From Candidatus Planktophila sp. (GTDB lineage: Bacteria; Actinomycetota; Actinomycetes; Nanopelagicales; Nanopelagicaceae), in the NCBI GenBank assembly GCA_044340015.1, contig JBIIUL010000001.1, positions 1,151 through 65,150 of the forward strand: 64,000 nucleotides of DNA. The letters are read 5' to 3'. The notes beneath the pieces were generated by a model. The model made no database searches. It saw nothing but the letters and a program-made list of their open reading frames with translations, and was not told the DNA's origin. This document shows, one piece after another, positions 27,567 through 38,400 of this stretch; position 1 is the first letter of the stretch; each line of letters opens with the position of its first letter. A program made the translations under genes and the position numbers.

Positions 27567-28738
27567 GCGCCCCGGCCAAGTTCTTTGCAAAACCAGTAAA
27601 TAATTTCTATATCTTGGCTGCCAGTTCGCTAGCTCTCTCGGTAATTGGGTTAGTGATGGTCTTTTCTGCCTCCTCAATCCACTCACTCGATACCCGAGGC
27701 AATGCCGTTGCCATTGTTCTGCGGCAAGGTTTCTTCTTCGCGCTCTCTATACCGTTGGCGATATTTCTATCGCAACGGTCACTAGCGCAGTGGCGTCTAT
27801 TGGCGCGATTTGGCTTACTCATTTCAGTTGCCATTCTTGCCGTGCTCCAAATACCCGGTGTCGGTAAAACCGTTAATGGCAATACCAACTGGATCGCACT
27901 GCCGTTTGTTGATGTGCAGCCAAGTGAGCTTGCTAAGTTCCTCTTGATTCTCTGGGCTAGTTATTTATTGGCAAATCAAGAGAAGACCGGAAAGACACGT
28001 ATCAATGTCTTTGCCCTGATCACTCCAGGATTTATGGTTGTTATCTTCTTGATTTTATTGGGTCGCGATCTTGGAACGGCATGCGTTGTTGCAGCAATAC
28101 TCGGCGGATTACTTTTTGTTTCAGGTGTTGAACTTCGCTTGTTAGGTTCGTTGGTTGCGGCTGGAGCAGTCGTACTCGCTGCGTTAATTGCAACTGCTGG
28201 ATATCGCGCTGCAAGATTTCTGGTTGTGCTCGATCCATTCGCCGAAGATCAATATAAAAATGCAGGTTGGCAGCCGGCGCATAGCTTGCTCGGCCTAGCA
28301 TCAGGTGGAATTTTTGGCGTTGGGCTAGGTGGCAGTCGCCAAAAGTGGGGCAATCTCGCGGAAGCACATACCGACTTTATCTTTGCGGTAATTGGGGAAG
28401 AACTTGGCTTACTAGGCACTCTCGCAGTCCTTGCGTTACTTGCAGGGTTAATCTTTTCGATATTTAAAATAGCTCTTCGTTGCAAGGATCCAATGTCTCG
28501 TTACGTTGGCTCCGGAATCGGATGCTGGATCGCAGTACAGACAGTACTTAACATTGGTTCTGCAACCAGCGTTCTGCCAGTTGTCGGTGTAACTCTGCCC
28601 TTTGTTTCCTACGGCGGCTCAGCGCTGATATCTCTATATATTGGACTCGGTTATATCTTTGGCAGCGCGCTACGCGATCCTGAAGTTTCTAATGAACTAC
28701 AGAAGGCCATAGAACGGCGTAGATTACGCACATCATGA
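27563..28738 (+). CDS. ftsW: SEDS glycosyltransferase FtsW
   Basis: QPSELAK, AHTDFIFAVIGEELG, GVTLPFVSYGGS. Confidence 0.96.
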   Translation: MSAPAKFFAKPVNNFYILAASSLALSVIGLVMVFSASSIHSLDTRGNAVAIVLRQGFFFALSIPLAIFLSQRSLAQWRLLARFGLLISVAILAVLQIPGVGKTVNGNTNWIALPFVDVQPSELAKFLLILWASYLLANQEKTGKTRINVFALITPGFMVVIFLILLGRDLGTACVVAAILGGLLFVSGVELRLLGSLVAAGAVVLAALIATAGYRAARFLVVLDPFAEDQYKNAGWQPAHSLLGLASGGIFGVGLGGSRQKWGNLAEAHTDFIFAVIGEELGLLGTLAVLALLAGLIFSIFKIALRCKDPMSRYVGSGIGCWIAVQTVLNIGSATSVLPVVGVTLPFVSYGGSALISLYIGLGYIFGSALRDPEVSNELQKAIERRRLRTS

Positions 28739-29817
28739 AGATCGTTCTTGCAGGCGGCGGAACAGCTGGCCATATCGAACCTGCGTTAGCGGTTGCTCGC
28801 ACTTGGCGCGCCAACCACCCGAACGATGAAATTGAATTCCTTGGAACCAAGTCAGGGCTTGAAAACCAACTAGTTCCTGCCGCTGGATTTAAACTTTCGC
28901 ATATCTCCAAGGTCGTTATTCCGCGGAAGGTCTCGCTCTCACTCTTTGTTGCGCCTACGACCTTGACCCAGGCATTTCTCGAAGCCCGCGCCGGACTTAA
29001 AGGCGCCGATCTCTTGGTTGGTTTTGGAGGATATGTTTCCGCACCTGCTTACTTGGCAGCTCGTTCATTAAATATTCCAATTGTTATACATGAAGCAAAC
29101 GCGAAGCCAGGTCTAGCAAATCGCTTGGGCTCACTTTTAACAAACCATCTAGCAGTTGCCCAGCCAGTTAACTCTGGAAGGTTAAGCAGAGCGCTCATCA
29201 CTGGATTGCCGCTTCGTGTAGATGTTGCCAAAGCGCTGCAGGCTAGTGGCAAAGATTGGTCGGCAGCGCGCAGTAAGGCAAAGACGGCGTTAGGAATGAG
29301 TGATAGCGCACCAGTAATCGCAATCTTCTTTGGTTCCCAAGGTTCAGTTGCACTTAATAAAGTAATCGCTGAATCTCTGCCCATCTTCGAAAAGACCGGC
29401 GCACAAATATTGCATGCAGTTGGAAAATCGAATCAACTTCCAAAAGCTGGACCAAGTTACAAGCCAGTCTCATATATCGAGGATATGGCTGGTTTATATC
29501 TAGCCGCTGATTTGATTATCGCGCGCAGCGGGGCAGTTACCTGCTCTGAGGTAAATGCGCTCGGCAAGTATGCGCTCTTTATTCCACTGCCGATTGGAAA
29601 TGGCGAACAGAAAGTTAATGCGCGCTTGGTTACCGAACAATCACGTGGTGAAATCATTGATCAGAACGAATTCACTCCGCAATGGATCGAAAAACATTTA
29701 GATCGTTTACTAAGAAATAGCGAGATGGCCAGCGCAGCGGGAAGCCCTTCCGATCTGCATGCCAGCGAAAAGATCGTGGCTTTGATGGAAGATGCTTTGA
29801 AAGTTAAGGCGAAGTAA
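28735..29817 (+). CDS. murG: Lipid II GlcNAc transferase
   Basis: GGGTAGH, GFGGYVS, HEAN, RSGA, EQ..NA. Confidence 0.95.
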   Translation: MKIVLAGGGTAGHIEPALAVARTWRANHPNDEIEFLGTKSGLENQLVPAAGFKLSHISKVVIPRKVSLSLFVAPTTLTQAFLEARAGLKGADLLVGFGGYVSAPAYLAARSLNIPIVIHEANAKPGLANRLGSLLTNHLAVAQPVNSGRLSRALITGLPLRVDVAKALQASGKDWSAARSKAKTALGMSDSAPVIAIFFGSQGSVALNKVIAESLPIFEKTGAQILHAVGKSNQLPKAGPSYKPVSYIEDMAGLYLAADLIIARSGAVTCSEVNALGKYALFIPLPIGNGEQKVNARLVTEQSRGEIIDQNEFTPQWIEKHLDRLLRNSEMASAAGSPSDLHASEKIVALMEDALKVKAK

Positions 29818-31220
29818 TGGCTAACGATCTTTCGCAGTGGTCGGGTAAGCGTCTGCACTTTATCGGTATTGGTGGCGCTGGCATGAGCGGCCTTGCGCGC
29901 ATCGCCCTTTCACATGGAATAACAGTTACCGGTTCTGACGCTAAAGATTCAACGGTGTTAAGCGCTCTACAGGCACTTGGTGCGCAAGTTTGGCCAGAAC
30001 ATAAAGCCAGCCAAGTAGATGGCGCGGATTTCATTGTTTTCTCAACCGCTATTGGCGCCAGCAATGTTGAGTTAACTCGCGCCAAAGAGCTACAGATTCC
30101 GCTACTGACCCGTGCGCAGGCGCTAGCAACGTTAATGTCGCAAGATCGCAGTATTGCTGTCGCAGGAACGCACGGCAAGACCACAACCTCTTCGATGTTA
30201 ACTGTGGCGTTGCAATCATGCGGCTTAGATCCTTCATTTGCCATCGGTGGCACACTCACATCATCTGGTTCAAACGCCCATAAAGGCACGGGCGATCTCT
30301 TCGTCGCAGAAGCCGATGAATCTGATGGTTCCTTTATTGAATATCATCCCAACGCTGCGATAGTTACAAATATTGAACATGATCATGTGGACTTCTTCGC
30401 AAAACCTGAGGATGTAACCAACGCCTTTAACGCTTTCGCCGCAACCATTAGCCAAGATGGAATTCTGGTTTATTGCGTTGATGATGCAGGATCTTCTGCC
30501 CTGGGAAGCGGCTCAATGCTGCGCGAAGATATAAATGTCATCTCGTATGGAACTACCGAAGGTAGCGACCTCTACATCGATTCAATAAACCTCTTGGCGA
30601 TGGGATCAACAGCCAGAGCGCTCTGGAAAGGGCGGTTAATCGGAACTCTCTCACTACAAGTTCCTGGTTTACACAATGTATTAAATGCCGGTGCAGCGTT
30701 GGCGATGGGCTTGGCCCTTGGTGCACCTGCTGCCGAGCTACTTGCAGGTTTAGCAAGTTTTCATGGCGCAGGGCGCCGCTTTGAGTTAAAAGGAACGGTT
30801 CATGGAATTCGCGTAATCGATGATTACGGACACCACCCAACTGAAATTACCGTCACCTTAAATGCGGCAAAGCGATATGCAGGCGACGGAAGAGTCCTAG
30901 CGATATTTCAACCACACCGCTATTCGCGCACCCAAGCCTTTATGAAAGAGTTCTCAACTGCTCTAGATATCGCAGATGAAGTCATTCTCCTTGAAATTTA
31001 TGCTGCATCCGAGAAACCAATCCCTGGCATAAGTGCAGAACAGATCGCTACCGCTATGCAACACGGCCATTTTATTCCAAACTTTATTGAGGCATCTGAT
31101 TGGGTTATCGATAACGCAAAACCAGGAGATGTAATCCTGACCCTCGGTGCAGGAGATGTGAACTCACTGGCGCCAATTATCTGCGACGGATTAGCTCGTC
31201 GCTTTAACTCACCGGCCTAA
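29817..31220 (+). CDS. murC: UDP-MurNAc:L-Ala ligase
   Basis: GIGGAGMSG, GTHGKTTT, EADESD, DDYGHHPTE, FQPHRYSRT. Confidence 0.97.
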   Translation: MANDLSQWSGKRLHFIGIGGAGMSGLARIALSHGITVTGSDAKDSTVLSALQALGAQVWPEHKASQVDGADFIVFSTAIGASNVELTRAKELQIPLLTRAQALATLMSQDRSIAVAGTHGKTTTSSMLTVALQSCGLDPSFAIGGTLTSSGSNAHKGTGDLFVAEADESDGSFIEYHPNAAIVTNIEHDHVDFFAKPEDVTNAFNAFAATISQDGILVYCVDDAGSSALGSGSMLREDINVISYGTTEGSDLYIDSINLLAMGSTARALWKGRLIGTLSLQVPGLHNVLNAGAALAMGLALGAPAAELLAGLASFHGAGRRFELKGTVHGIRVIDDYGHHPTEITVTLNAAKRYAGDGRVLAIFQPHRYSRTQAFMKEFSTALDIADEVILLEIYAASEKPIPGISAEQIATAMQHGHFIPNFIEASDWVIDNAKPGDVILTLGAGDVNSLAPIICDGLARRFNSPA

Positions 31221-31238
31221 AGAGCTGTAAAGATAGAT

Positions 31239-31925
31239 ATGAAAATTAATTCAAAAACGGCACGGGCTATCTTCGCTTTCATTCTGATCTTTGGAGCAGG
31301 CTCTTATCTTCTCGGTTGGTCTCCACTTCTCTCGGTTAGAAGTGTGGAGATCAATGGTGCGCCAACGAAAGAGAGCGAGCTTGCAATCTCGCGCTCCTTA
31401 GATATCGCAGATGGAGAAAAGTTAGCCAGAGTCGACCCAAGGGCGCTTTCCAATCGCCTTCGCTCATTTGATTGGATTGAAAGTTCGCAGGTATCAAGAA
31501 ATTGGATCTCTGGAAAGGTTTCAATCTCGATTACAACCAGAACGCCAATCGCCCTGTATAGCGAACCGGGTAAACCTCAAGTAGTACTTGACTCTTTAGG
31601 TAATACCTTCGCAACTCCAGCTGATATTGCAGATGGACTTCCGAAGGTAAGTGCAAAATCAGTGGATGGCGGATTAGCGGCGATCAAAGTCTTTACCGCA
31701 CTCCCGGAAAGCTTTAGCAAAAATATCGATCGCATGAGCGCTGCCCGAGCCAATAACTTCTTGATTTACGGCAAATTTGAAGGACAGGATCTGCGAATTA
31801 TTTGGGGAGATGGCGAAGATACAGATCTGAAAGTTCAGGTAATCGAGGCGCTGCTAAAGCGAGATGAGAATAAGAATTTGCGGATGATTGATGTAAGTGC
31901 CCCCCATGCCCCCATCGTTAAATAA
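31239..31925 (+). CDS. ftsQ: Cell division protein FtsQ/DivIB (compact)
   Basis: N-terminal TM, POTRA-like region, IIWG and IDVSAP.AP tail. Lies between murC and ftsZ. Confidence 0.85.
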   Translation: MKINSKTARAIFAFILIFGAGSYLLGWSPLLSVRSVEINGAPTKESELAISRSLDIADGEKLARVDPRALSNRLRSFDWIESSQVSRNWISGKVSISITTRTPIALYSEPGKPQVVLDSLGNTFATPADIADGLPKVSAKSVDGGLAAIKVFTALPESFSKNIDRMSAARANNFLIYGKFEGQDLRIIWGDGEDTDLKVQVIEALLKRDENKNLRMIDVSAPHAPIVK

Positions 31926-32091
31926 GTGTTGAATAGAGTTTTAAATAGAGTGAAGTGAAGAGAAGTTGAATTTATTTTTGAATGATTCCTTGATTGCAGA
32001 ACTCTAAATCTTTAGAAAAATTCTTTGAGTCGGTCTTTGCTTTCGCTTGCTTAACGCCTTACGTTGCCCTTATTACAGAGAGTAGAAATGT

Positions 32092-32111
32092 AATTCTCAA
32101 GTAGAGGTTTA
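32092..32111 (+). promoter_or_regulatory. Putative FtsR (MerR-like) site upstream of ftsZ
   Basis: AATTCTCAAGTAGAGGTTTA resembles the corynebacterial FtsR site as I recall it; not verified. Confidence 0.45.
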
Positions 32112-32131
32112 CAGTTCTAAAGGGGGATATT

Positions 32132-33262
32132 GTGGCTGCACCACAGAATTATTTAGCTGTCATCAAAGTTGTTGGAATTGGTGGCGGTGGAGTCAATGCA
32201 ATCAATCGCATGATTGATGTTGGTTTAAAGGGCGTTGAGTTCATTGCAATTAACACCGATGCACAACATCTATTGATGAGCGATGCTGATGTGAAACTAG
32301 ATATTGGTCGCGCATCAACAAAGGGTCTTGGTGCGGGTGCTGCTCCTGAAAAAGGACGTCAAGCAGCGATTGATCACACAGAAGATATTGAAGAAATTTT
32401 GCGTGGCGCAGATATGGTCTTTGTTACTGCAGGAGAAGGTGGCGGCACCGGTACAGGTGGTGCACCAATCGTTGCCAAGATTGCGCGCGATCTTGGTGCG
32501 TTAACCATCGGTGTTGTAACTCGTCCGTTCTCATTCGAAGGGAAGATTCGTTCAGCGCAAGCAGATGAAGGAATCGAACTACTACGTGCAGAAGTAGATA
32601 CCTTGATCGTTATTCCAAATGATCGCTTGCTTGCGATTTCAGATCGCAACATAACTGCAGTCGATGCATTTAAGAGCGCCGATCAAGTTCTCCTTTCAGG
32701 CGTTCAAGGAATTACTGAAATCATTACACAACCAGGACTTATCAACCTTGACTTTGCAGATGTAAAGACAGTTATGACAGATGCTGGTTCTGCCCTTATG
32801 GGAATCGGGTCTGCGCGCGGTGAAAATCGTGCAACTCGTGCTGCAGAGTTAGCGATCTCTAGCCCGCTTCTTGAAGCATCTATTGATGGCGCTATGGGAG
32901 TACTTCTCTCTGTTGCTGGTGGGTCAGATCTTGGTCTCTTTGAGATCAATGAAGCTTGCGAACTTGTTCAAGCAGCGGCGCACCCCAATGCCCGCATAAT
33001 CTTCGGTACAACTATCGATGACGCCCTCGGCGATGAAGTTCGAATCACTGTTATTGCAGCCGGCTTTGATGGCGGTGAACCAAAGAAGGTTTCGGTCCCG
33101 GTTATTGATAAGGCAAGCCTGACAGGTATCGCAGATCCAATTCCAAGTAACGATCCAATTTCTGTCGCTCTTGATCTAGATGGCAGCGCACCGCGTAAGC
33201 GCGTTACCTTTGAAGATCTCGTTGCTGAAGATGAGATCGACGTTCCCGACTTTATGAAGTAA
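32132..33262 (+). CDS. ftsZ: Cell division GTPase FtsZ
   Basis: GGGGVNA, GGGTGTG, INLDFAD, C-terminal DVPDFMK. Confidence 0.99.
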   Translation: MAAPQNYLAVIKVVGIGGGGVNAINRMIDVGLKGVEFIAINTDAQHLLMSDADVKLDIGRASTKGLGAGAAPEKGRQAAIDHTEDIEEILRGADMVFVTAGEGGGTGTGGAPIVAKIARDLGALTIGVVTRPFSFEGKIRSAQADEGIELLRAEVDTLIVIPNDRLLAISDRNITAVDAFKSADQVLLSGVQGITEIITQPGLINLDFADVKTVMTDAGSALMGIGSARGENRATRAAELAISSPLLEASIDGAMGVLLSVAGGSDLGLFEINEACELVQAAAHPNARIIFGTTIDDALGDEVRITVIAAGFDGGEPKKVSVPVIDKASLTGIADPIPSNDPISVALDLDGSAPRKRVTFEDLVAEDEIDVPDFMK

Positions 33263-33294
33263 TTAGCTCCACTCCAAAGGCGAGTGAGCTAACT

Positions 33295-33960
33295 ATGGGA
33301 ACCTTCTTTACCGATCGCTTAGGTGGCAACAGTTCTGGAGAATATGCTTCCCTTAATTTGGGAGACCATGTAGGGGATGATCTGGAAGTAGTTGCCGCAA
33401 ATCGCGCTTTGATTTCTGCAAAGTTTGGACCAACTCAATATATGAGCCAAGTTCACGGAAATCGCGTAGCGATCATCGAAGAAGTTACCGATGAAGTTCC
33501 AACAGCCGATGCGCTAGTTACTGGAATCCCGGGTATAACACTTGCGGTGATGGTTGCAGATTGCATTCCGCTTTTACTTAAATCCAAGGACGCAGTAGCA
33601 GCGGTCCACGTTGGTCGTAAAGGCTTGGTCAACCGAGTGGCCGAGAAAGCGATAGATGTGATGCGCGAAATTTCTGGTGCAAAGATTTCGGCGATTATTG
33701 GTCCTGCTATTTGCGGTAAGTGTTATGAAGTCTCAAAGGAAATCTTTAGCGAAGTAACTGCAAGCCATCCCGAAAGCACCAGCCAAACCGCATCAAATAC
33801 TCCATCGCTAGATCTAGTTGCTGCCCTTATCTCAGATCTTCAAAAGCTGGGAATCACAGATATCGATAATCAAAGTCGCTGCACCTTAGAACACGATGAT
33901 CTCTACTCCTATAGGAGAGACGGAGCCACTGGGCGTCAAGCAGGGTTGGTCTGGCTATGA
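33295..33960 (+). CDS. pgeF: Peptidoglycan editing factor / purine nucleoside phosphorylase PgeF (YfiH)
   Basis: LNLG.HVGD, QVHG, ADC.P, AVH.G, SYRR....GRQ. Confidence 0.92.
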   Translation: MGTFFTDRLGGNSSGEYASLNLGDHVGDDLEVVAANRALISAKFGPTQYMSQVHGNRVAIIEEVTDEVPTADALVTGIPGITLAVMVADCIPLLLKSKDAVAAVHVGRKGLVNRVAEKAIDVMREISGAKISAIIGPAICGKCYEVSKEIFSEVTASHPESTSQTASNTPSLDLVAALISDLQKLGITDIDNQSRCTLEHDDLYSYRRDGATGRQAGLVWL

Positions 33961-34643
33961 CCGAACGCCGTGAATTTATAAGTAACTCATTGCAAGATGT
34001 TAAGTCACGCGTTGCAAGCGCTGCACAGTTGGCCGGGCGCGATCTTGCCGATATAACTTTGATCGCCGTTACAAAGACCTATCCAGCCTCCGATGTCGCA
34101 ATTCTTCGCGACCTGGGCGAAAGAAATTTTGGCGAGAATCGAACCGAAGAAGGCGCGGTGAAATCCTTAGAAGTGCCTGGGATTTGGCATTATCAAGGAC
34201 AAGTGCAGAGCCGTAAATTACGTGAGATCGCTTCATGGGCCAATGTGATTCATTCGCTAGATCAGGCAAGTCATATCGAGAAGTTAAATCGCATCTGCGA
34301 AGAGAGCGATAGAAAAATTGGCGTCTTTATTCAACTATCACTAGATGGCGCACCCGATAGAGGGGGAGTCGCCGAGGAAGAGTTGGGCGGGCTAGGCGAT
34401 GCCGTCGCTGCAAGTTCGGCGTTGGAACTCAAAGGGTTGATGTGCGTTCCTCCCGTTGAATTTGAACATCAACTCGCCTTTGCCGAGATCGCGCAAATTC
34501 ACCAACGTTTTACCAGCAGATTCCCAAGCGCCAAATCACTATCTGCTGGCATGAGTTCTGACTTTGAAGTTGCTATCGCCCACGGTGCGACACATATCCG
34601 GGTAGGCAGCCAAATCCTCGGTTCGCGGACCTATCACCCTTAA
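33957..34643 (+). CDS. yggS: PLP homeostasis protein YggS
   Basis: LIAVTKT, FGEN, WHYQG, GLM, LSAGMSSD, RVGSQILG. Confidence 0.93.
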   Translation: MTERREFISNSLQDVKSRVASAAQLAGRDLADITLIAVTKTYPASDVAILRDLGERNFGENRTEEGAVKSLEVPGIWHYQGQVQSRKLREIASWANVIHSLDQASHIEKLNRICEESDRKIGVFIQLSLDGAPDRGGVAEEELGGLGDAVAASSALELKGLMCVPPVEFEHQLAFAEIAQIHQRFTSRFPSAKSLSAGMSSDFEVAIAHGATHIRVGSQILGSRTYHP

Positions 34644-34652
34644 CCTTTACCT

Positions 34653-35120
34653 ATGTCTGCACTCAATAAAATGATGGGCTACCTCGGTTTGGTAGATACC
34701 GATGAAGAAGCTCAACAACAAGAAGCAACTCCAGTTCGCAACACCGAACGCCCTGCACGCGAGACAGCGCGTTCATCTCGCGACCGCGCCGGCGTAACTG
34801 TCGTTGGCTCAACTATCGCAGCTGCTCCAGTTCAAGAGTCGAATTACCACATCATCACATTGCAACCACGTTCTTACTCTGAAGCGCGCAAAATGGGCGA
34901 GCACTATCGCGAAGGAAATCCAGTCATCATTAATCTTGATGATATGGAAGAGAGCGAACGTAAGCGTCTAGTCGACTTCGCAAGCGGACTTGTATTCGGA
35001 CTTCATGGCCGCATCGAACGCGTGAGCCACAAGGTCTTCCTTCTCTCACCTGCGAATGTAAATGTCAGCAGTGAAGATAAGACCGCTGCAGCTCAAGCAA
35101 GTTTCTTTAACCAGAGCTGA
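34653..35120 (+). CDS. sepF: Cell division protein SepF
   Basis: YLGL amphipathic N-terminus, KRLVDFASGL, VFLLSP. TAACCT-6nt-ATG leaderless start. Confidence 0.95.
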   Translation: MSALNKMMGYLGLVDTDEEAQQQEATPVRNTERPARETARSSRDRAGVTVVGSTIAAAPVQESNYHIITLQPRSYSEARKMGEHYREGNPVIINLDDMEESERKRLVDFASGLVFGLHGRIERVSHKVFLLSPANVNVSSEDKTAAAQASFFNQS

Positions 35121-35146
35121 TTTAATAAGTAAGCGAAACGACGTAA

Positions 35147-35428
35147 ATGATTACATCCCTGCTTATTACCCTGCTTGATCTCTTCAAGTACGCACTTTTC
35201 ATCCGCTTGATCATCGACTACGCCAGGATGTTTGCACGTAACTGGCGCCCAAACTCTTTCTTAATCGCATTCTTCGAGATGATTTATGCAATCACCGATC
35301 CACCTATGAAATTTGTAGGTCGCTTTGTACCACCACTTCGCTTAGGCGGGGTGGCCATTGATCTCTCATTTATCGTGCTTCTAATTGCAATTAGTTTGGC
35401 TCAAAATATAATTATTACGATCCTTTAA
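35147..35428 (+). CDS. yggT: YggT/YlmG (SepG) membrane protein
   Basis: YAITDPP, PPLRLGGVAIDLS. Confidence 0.92.
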   Translation: MITSLLITLLDLFKYALFIRLIIDYARMFARNWRPNSFLIAFFEMIYAITDPPMKFVGRFVPPLRLGGVAIDLSFIVLLIAISLAQNIIITIL

Positions 35429-35437
35429 ATTACTTAC

Positions 35438-38400
35438 TTAAGCTTTCGCTAATACAACTTCGATTCCCAAATCGTTCTCACTAGTTGCAAGAGTTTCATC
35501 GCGCACGAATTCAAGGGCCAATACTTCTTCACTGATATGAGCCTGCGCGCTGTTAATTGCGGCTACAACTGATTGTTCTGCGTTCCAGCGAACGGAAATT
35601 CGGTCGGAGATCTCAAAACCATCGCTCTTGCGACGCTCTTGGATAAATCGGATTACCTCGCGAACGTTACCGGCCTCAATCAATTCAGGTGTGAGCGCCA
35701 AATCTAAGGCAACGGATTCTCCATCATGGCTTGCCACCATCCACCCAGATTTTGGAACTTCGGTAACTACTAGATCAGCAAGGTCTATCTCCCATGTACC
35801 GACCTTGGCGCTGCCAGACTTACGAAGGCCTTTAACTAAGTCAGTGGCATCGGTAGCAGAAATCGCTTTGGCAATATCTTGAACCTCTTTGCCAAATTTA
35901 GCGCCCAGTGATTTGAAGTTAGCTTTAACTGAGATATCAACCAAATCACCATCGGCATCTGCGATATCTGCTAGATCGATTACATTTAACTCATCTGCGA
36001 TCTGTTCCTTCATTTCCGATGGCAGCGTTGACCAACCATTTGCTGAGATAAGTGCTCGTTGCAGTGGTTGGCGAATCTTGATCGCCGATTCAGCGCGAGC
36101 CGAGCGACCTAGTTCGACAACACGACGGGTCATTGCAACTTGCGCATTTAAATCTAAGTTAATTAGCGATGTATCGGCGATAGGGAAATCTGTTAAGTGA
36201 ACTGAGGCGGCAGCAGATGGGTCTGCAACCTTTACCAATTCTTGCCAGACATGCTCAGAGATAAATGGCACCATCGGCGCAAGTAGTTGAGTCAGGGTCA
36301 CTAGACATTCGTGAAGCGTTGCGAGTGCAGCGACATCGCCATCCCAGAAGCGACGGCGTGAACGACGCACATACCAATTTGAGAGATCATCGATAAACCT
36401 AGCCAGCGCCTTGCCTGCGTTCTGAGAATCAAATTCCGAATATGACCTATCTACTTCTTGAACAAGTGCGTTTAATTCGCTGATGATCCACTTATCCATC
36501 AGCGAGCGGTCCTTGATCGCTGGTGATTGGCTTAGCTCAAAACCCGATGCTTCGGCATAGAGAGTATGGAATGAGATCGTGTTCCAATAAGTAAGTAGCG
36601 TCTTTCGTACGACATCGCTAATCGCATCGTGGCCAACGCGGCGCGCAGACCAAGGAGAACCGGCGGCCAACATGTACCAACGAACCGCATCCGCGCCATG
36701 TTGATCCATCAGAGAAATTGGTTCAAGAACATTTCCGAGATGCTTACTCATCTTGCGACCATCTTTATCAAGAATATGACCGAGGCAGAGCACGCTCTTA
36801 TAAGAACTTTGATCAAAGACCAAGGTGCCAATAGTCATTAGCGTGTAGAACCAGCCACGCGTTTGATCGATCGCTTCACAAATAAAGTCAGCAGGGTAAG
36901 CCGCTTTAAATTTCTCAACTGAACCTGGCTTATGCGGATAGCCCCACTGTGCAAATGGCATTGCGCCTGAGTCATACCAACAATCGATAACTTCAGGTAC
37001 GCGATTCATAACTTTGGAACATTGCGCACATGGGAAGGTGATGTCATCAACAAATGGGCGATGCGGATCCAGGTTGGAAAGTTCTTGTCCTGCTAGCGCG
37101 CCGAGTTCAGCGAGTGAATCAACGCAGACTTCATGCTTATCTTCACAGCGCCAGATAGGTAGCGGGGTTCCCCAGAAGCGATTTCGCGATAGCGCCCAGT
37201 CAATGTTGTTATTGAGCCAATCACCGTAACGACCAGTCTTGATTGTCTCGGGATGCCAATCAGTCTTGGCGTTCTCGCGGATCAACTCATCTTTAATGGA
37301 GGTAGTGCGTATATACCAAGATGGTTGCGCGTAATAAATAAGTGCGGTGTGACAGCGCCAGCAATGTGGGTAAGGGTGCTCAAATGGTTGGTGCTTATAT
37401 AGAACGCCGCGTGACTTAAGTTCCTTAACCAAAGTCTTATCGGCTTCCTTAAAGAAGACCCCACCAACTAGAGGAACATCAGCCAAAAATTTTCCATCGG
37501 GTGCGATTGGATTTACAACCGGCAGCCCATAACCGCGACAGACCGCTAAATCGTCTGCGCCAAAGGCAGGGGATTGGTGAACTAGGCCAGTTCCATCTTC
37601 AGTAGTTACATAGGTTGCTAGAACTATGAAGTGCGAATCTGGAATCTCGATCAAATCGAGGGGGCGCTTATAGGTAACGCGCTCAAGATCTCTACCCTTA
37701 ATTACCTTAAGAACTTTTACGTCACCAGTGAGCGCACCGAGAAGCGCTTCTGCAACAACTAGGACTTCACGGTTCTCTTCAACCACGACTTCAGCGACCG
37801 CGTAATCAACATCCGGGTGAACAGCAACAGCGGTATTTGAAACCAAGGTCCAAGGAGTTGTAGTCCAAACCAGCAAAGCGGCGCCTAGGTCGGCTAACTC
37901 TCCGGATGTAACTGGGAAGCGAACATAGACCGAAGGATCGGTAACCGTCTCGTAGCCCTGTGCTAACTCATGATCGGAAAGTCCAGTTCCACAGCGCGGG
38001 CAATATGGTGCAACCCGGTGATCTTGAACAAGGAGACCTTTTTTCCAGATCTCTTTTAAGCTCCACCAAACGCTTTCTACATATTCCGGAGCCATCGTCC
38101 AATAAGCCTGATCGAAATCAACCCAGAAACCCATGCGATTGGTCATGGTGGTAAATGCATCAACGTGGCGCGTTACAGATTCTCGGCACTTGTCGTTAAA
38201 TGCGGCGATTCCATATTTTTCGATATCGCCTTTTCCTGAAAAACCTAACTCTTTTTCAACTGCGATTTCTACAGGTAAGCCATGGCAATCCCAACCTGCT
38301 TTGCGAGTTACATACTTACCCTTCATCGTTTGATAACGCGGGAATACATCTTTAAATACGCGCGCTTCGATGTGGTGAGTTCCGGGCATTCCATTTGCTG

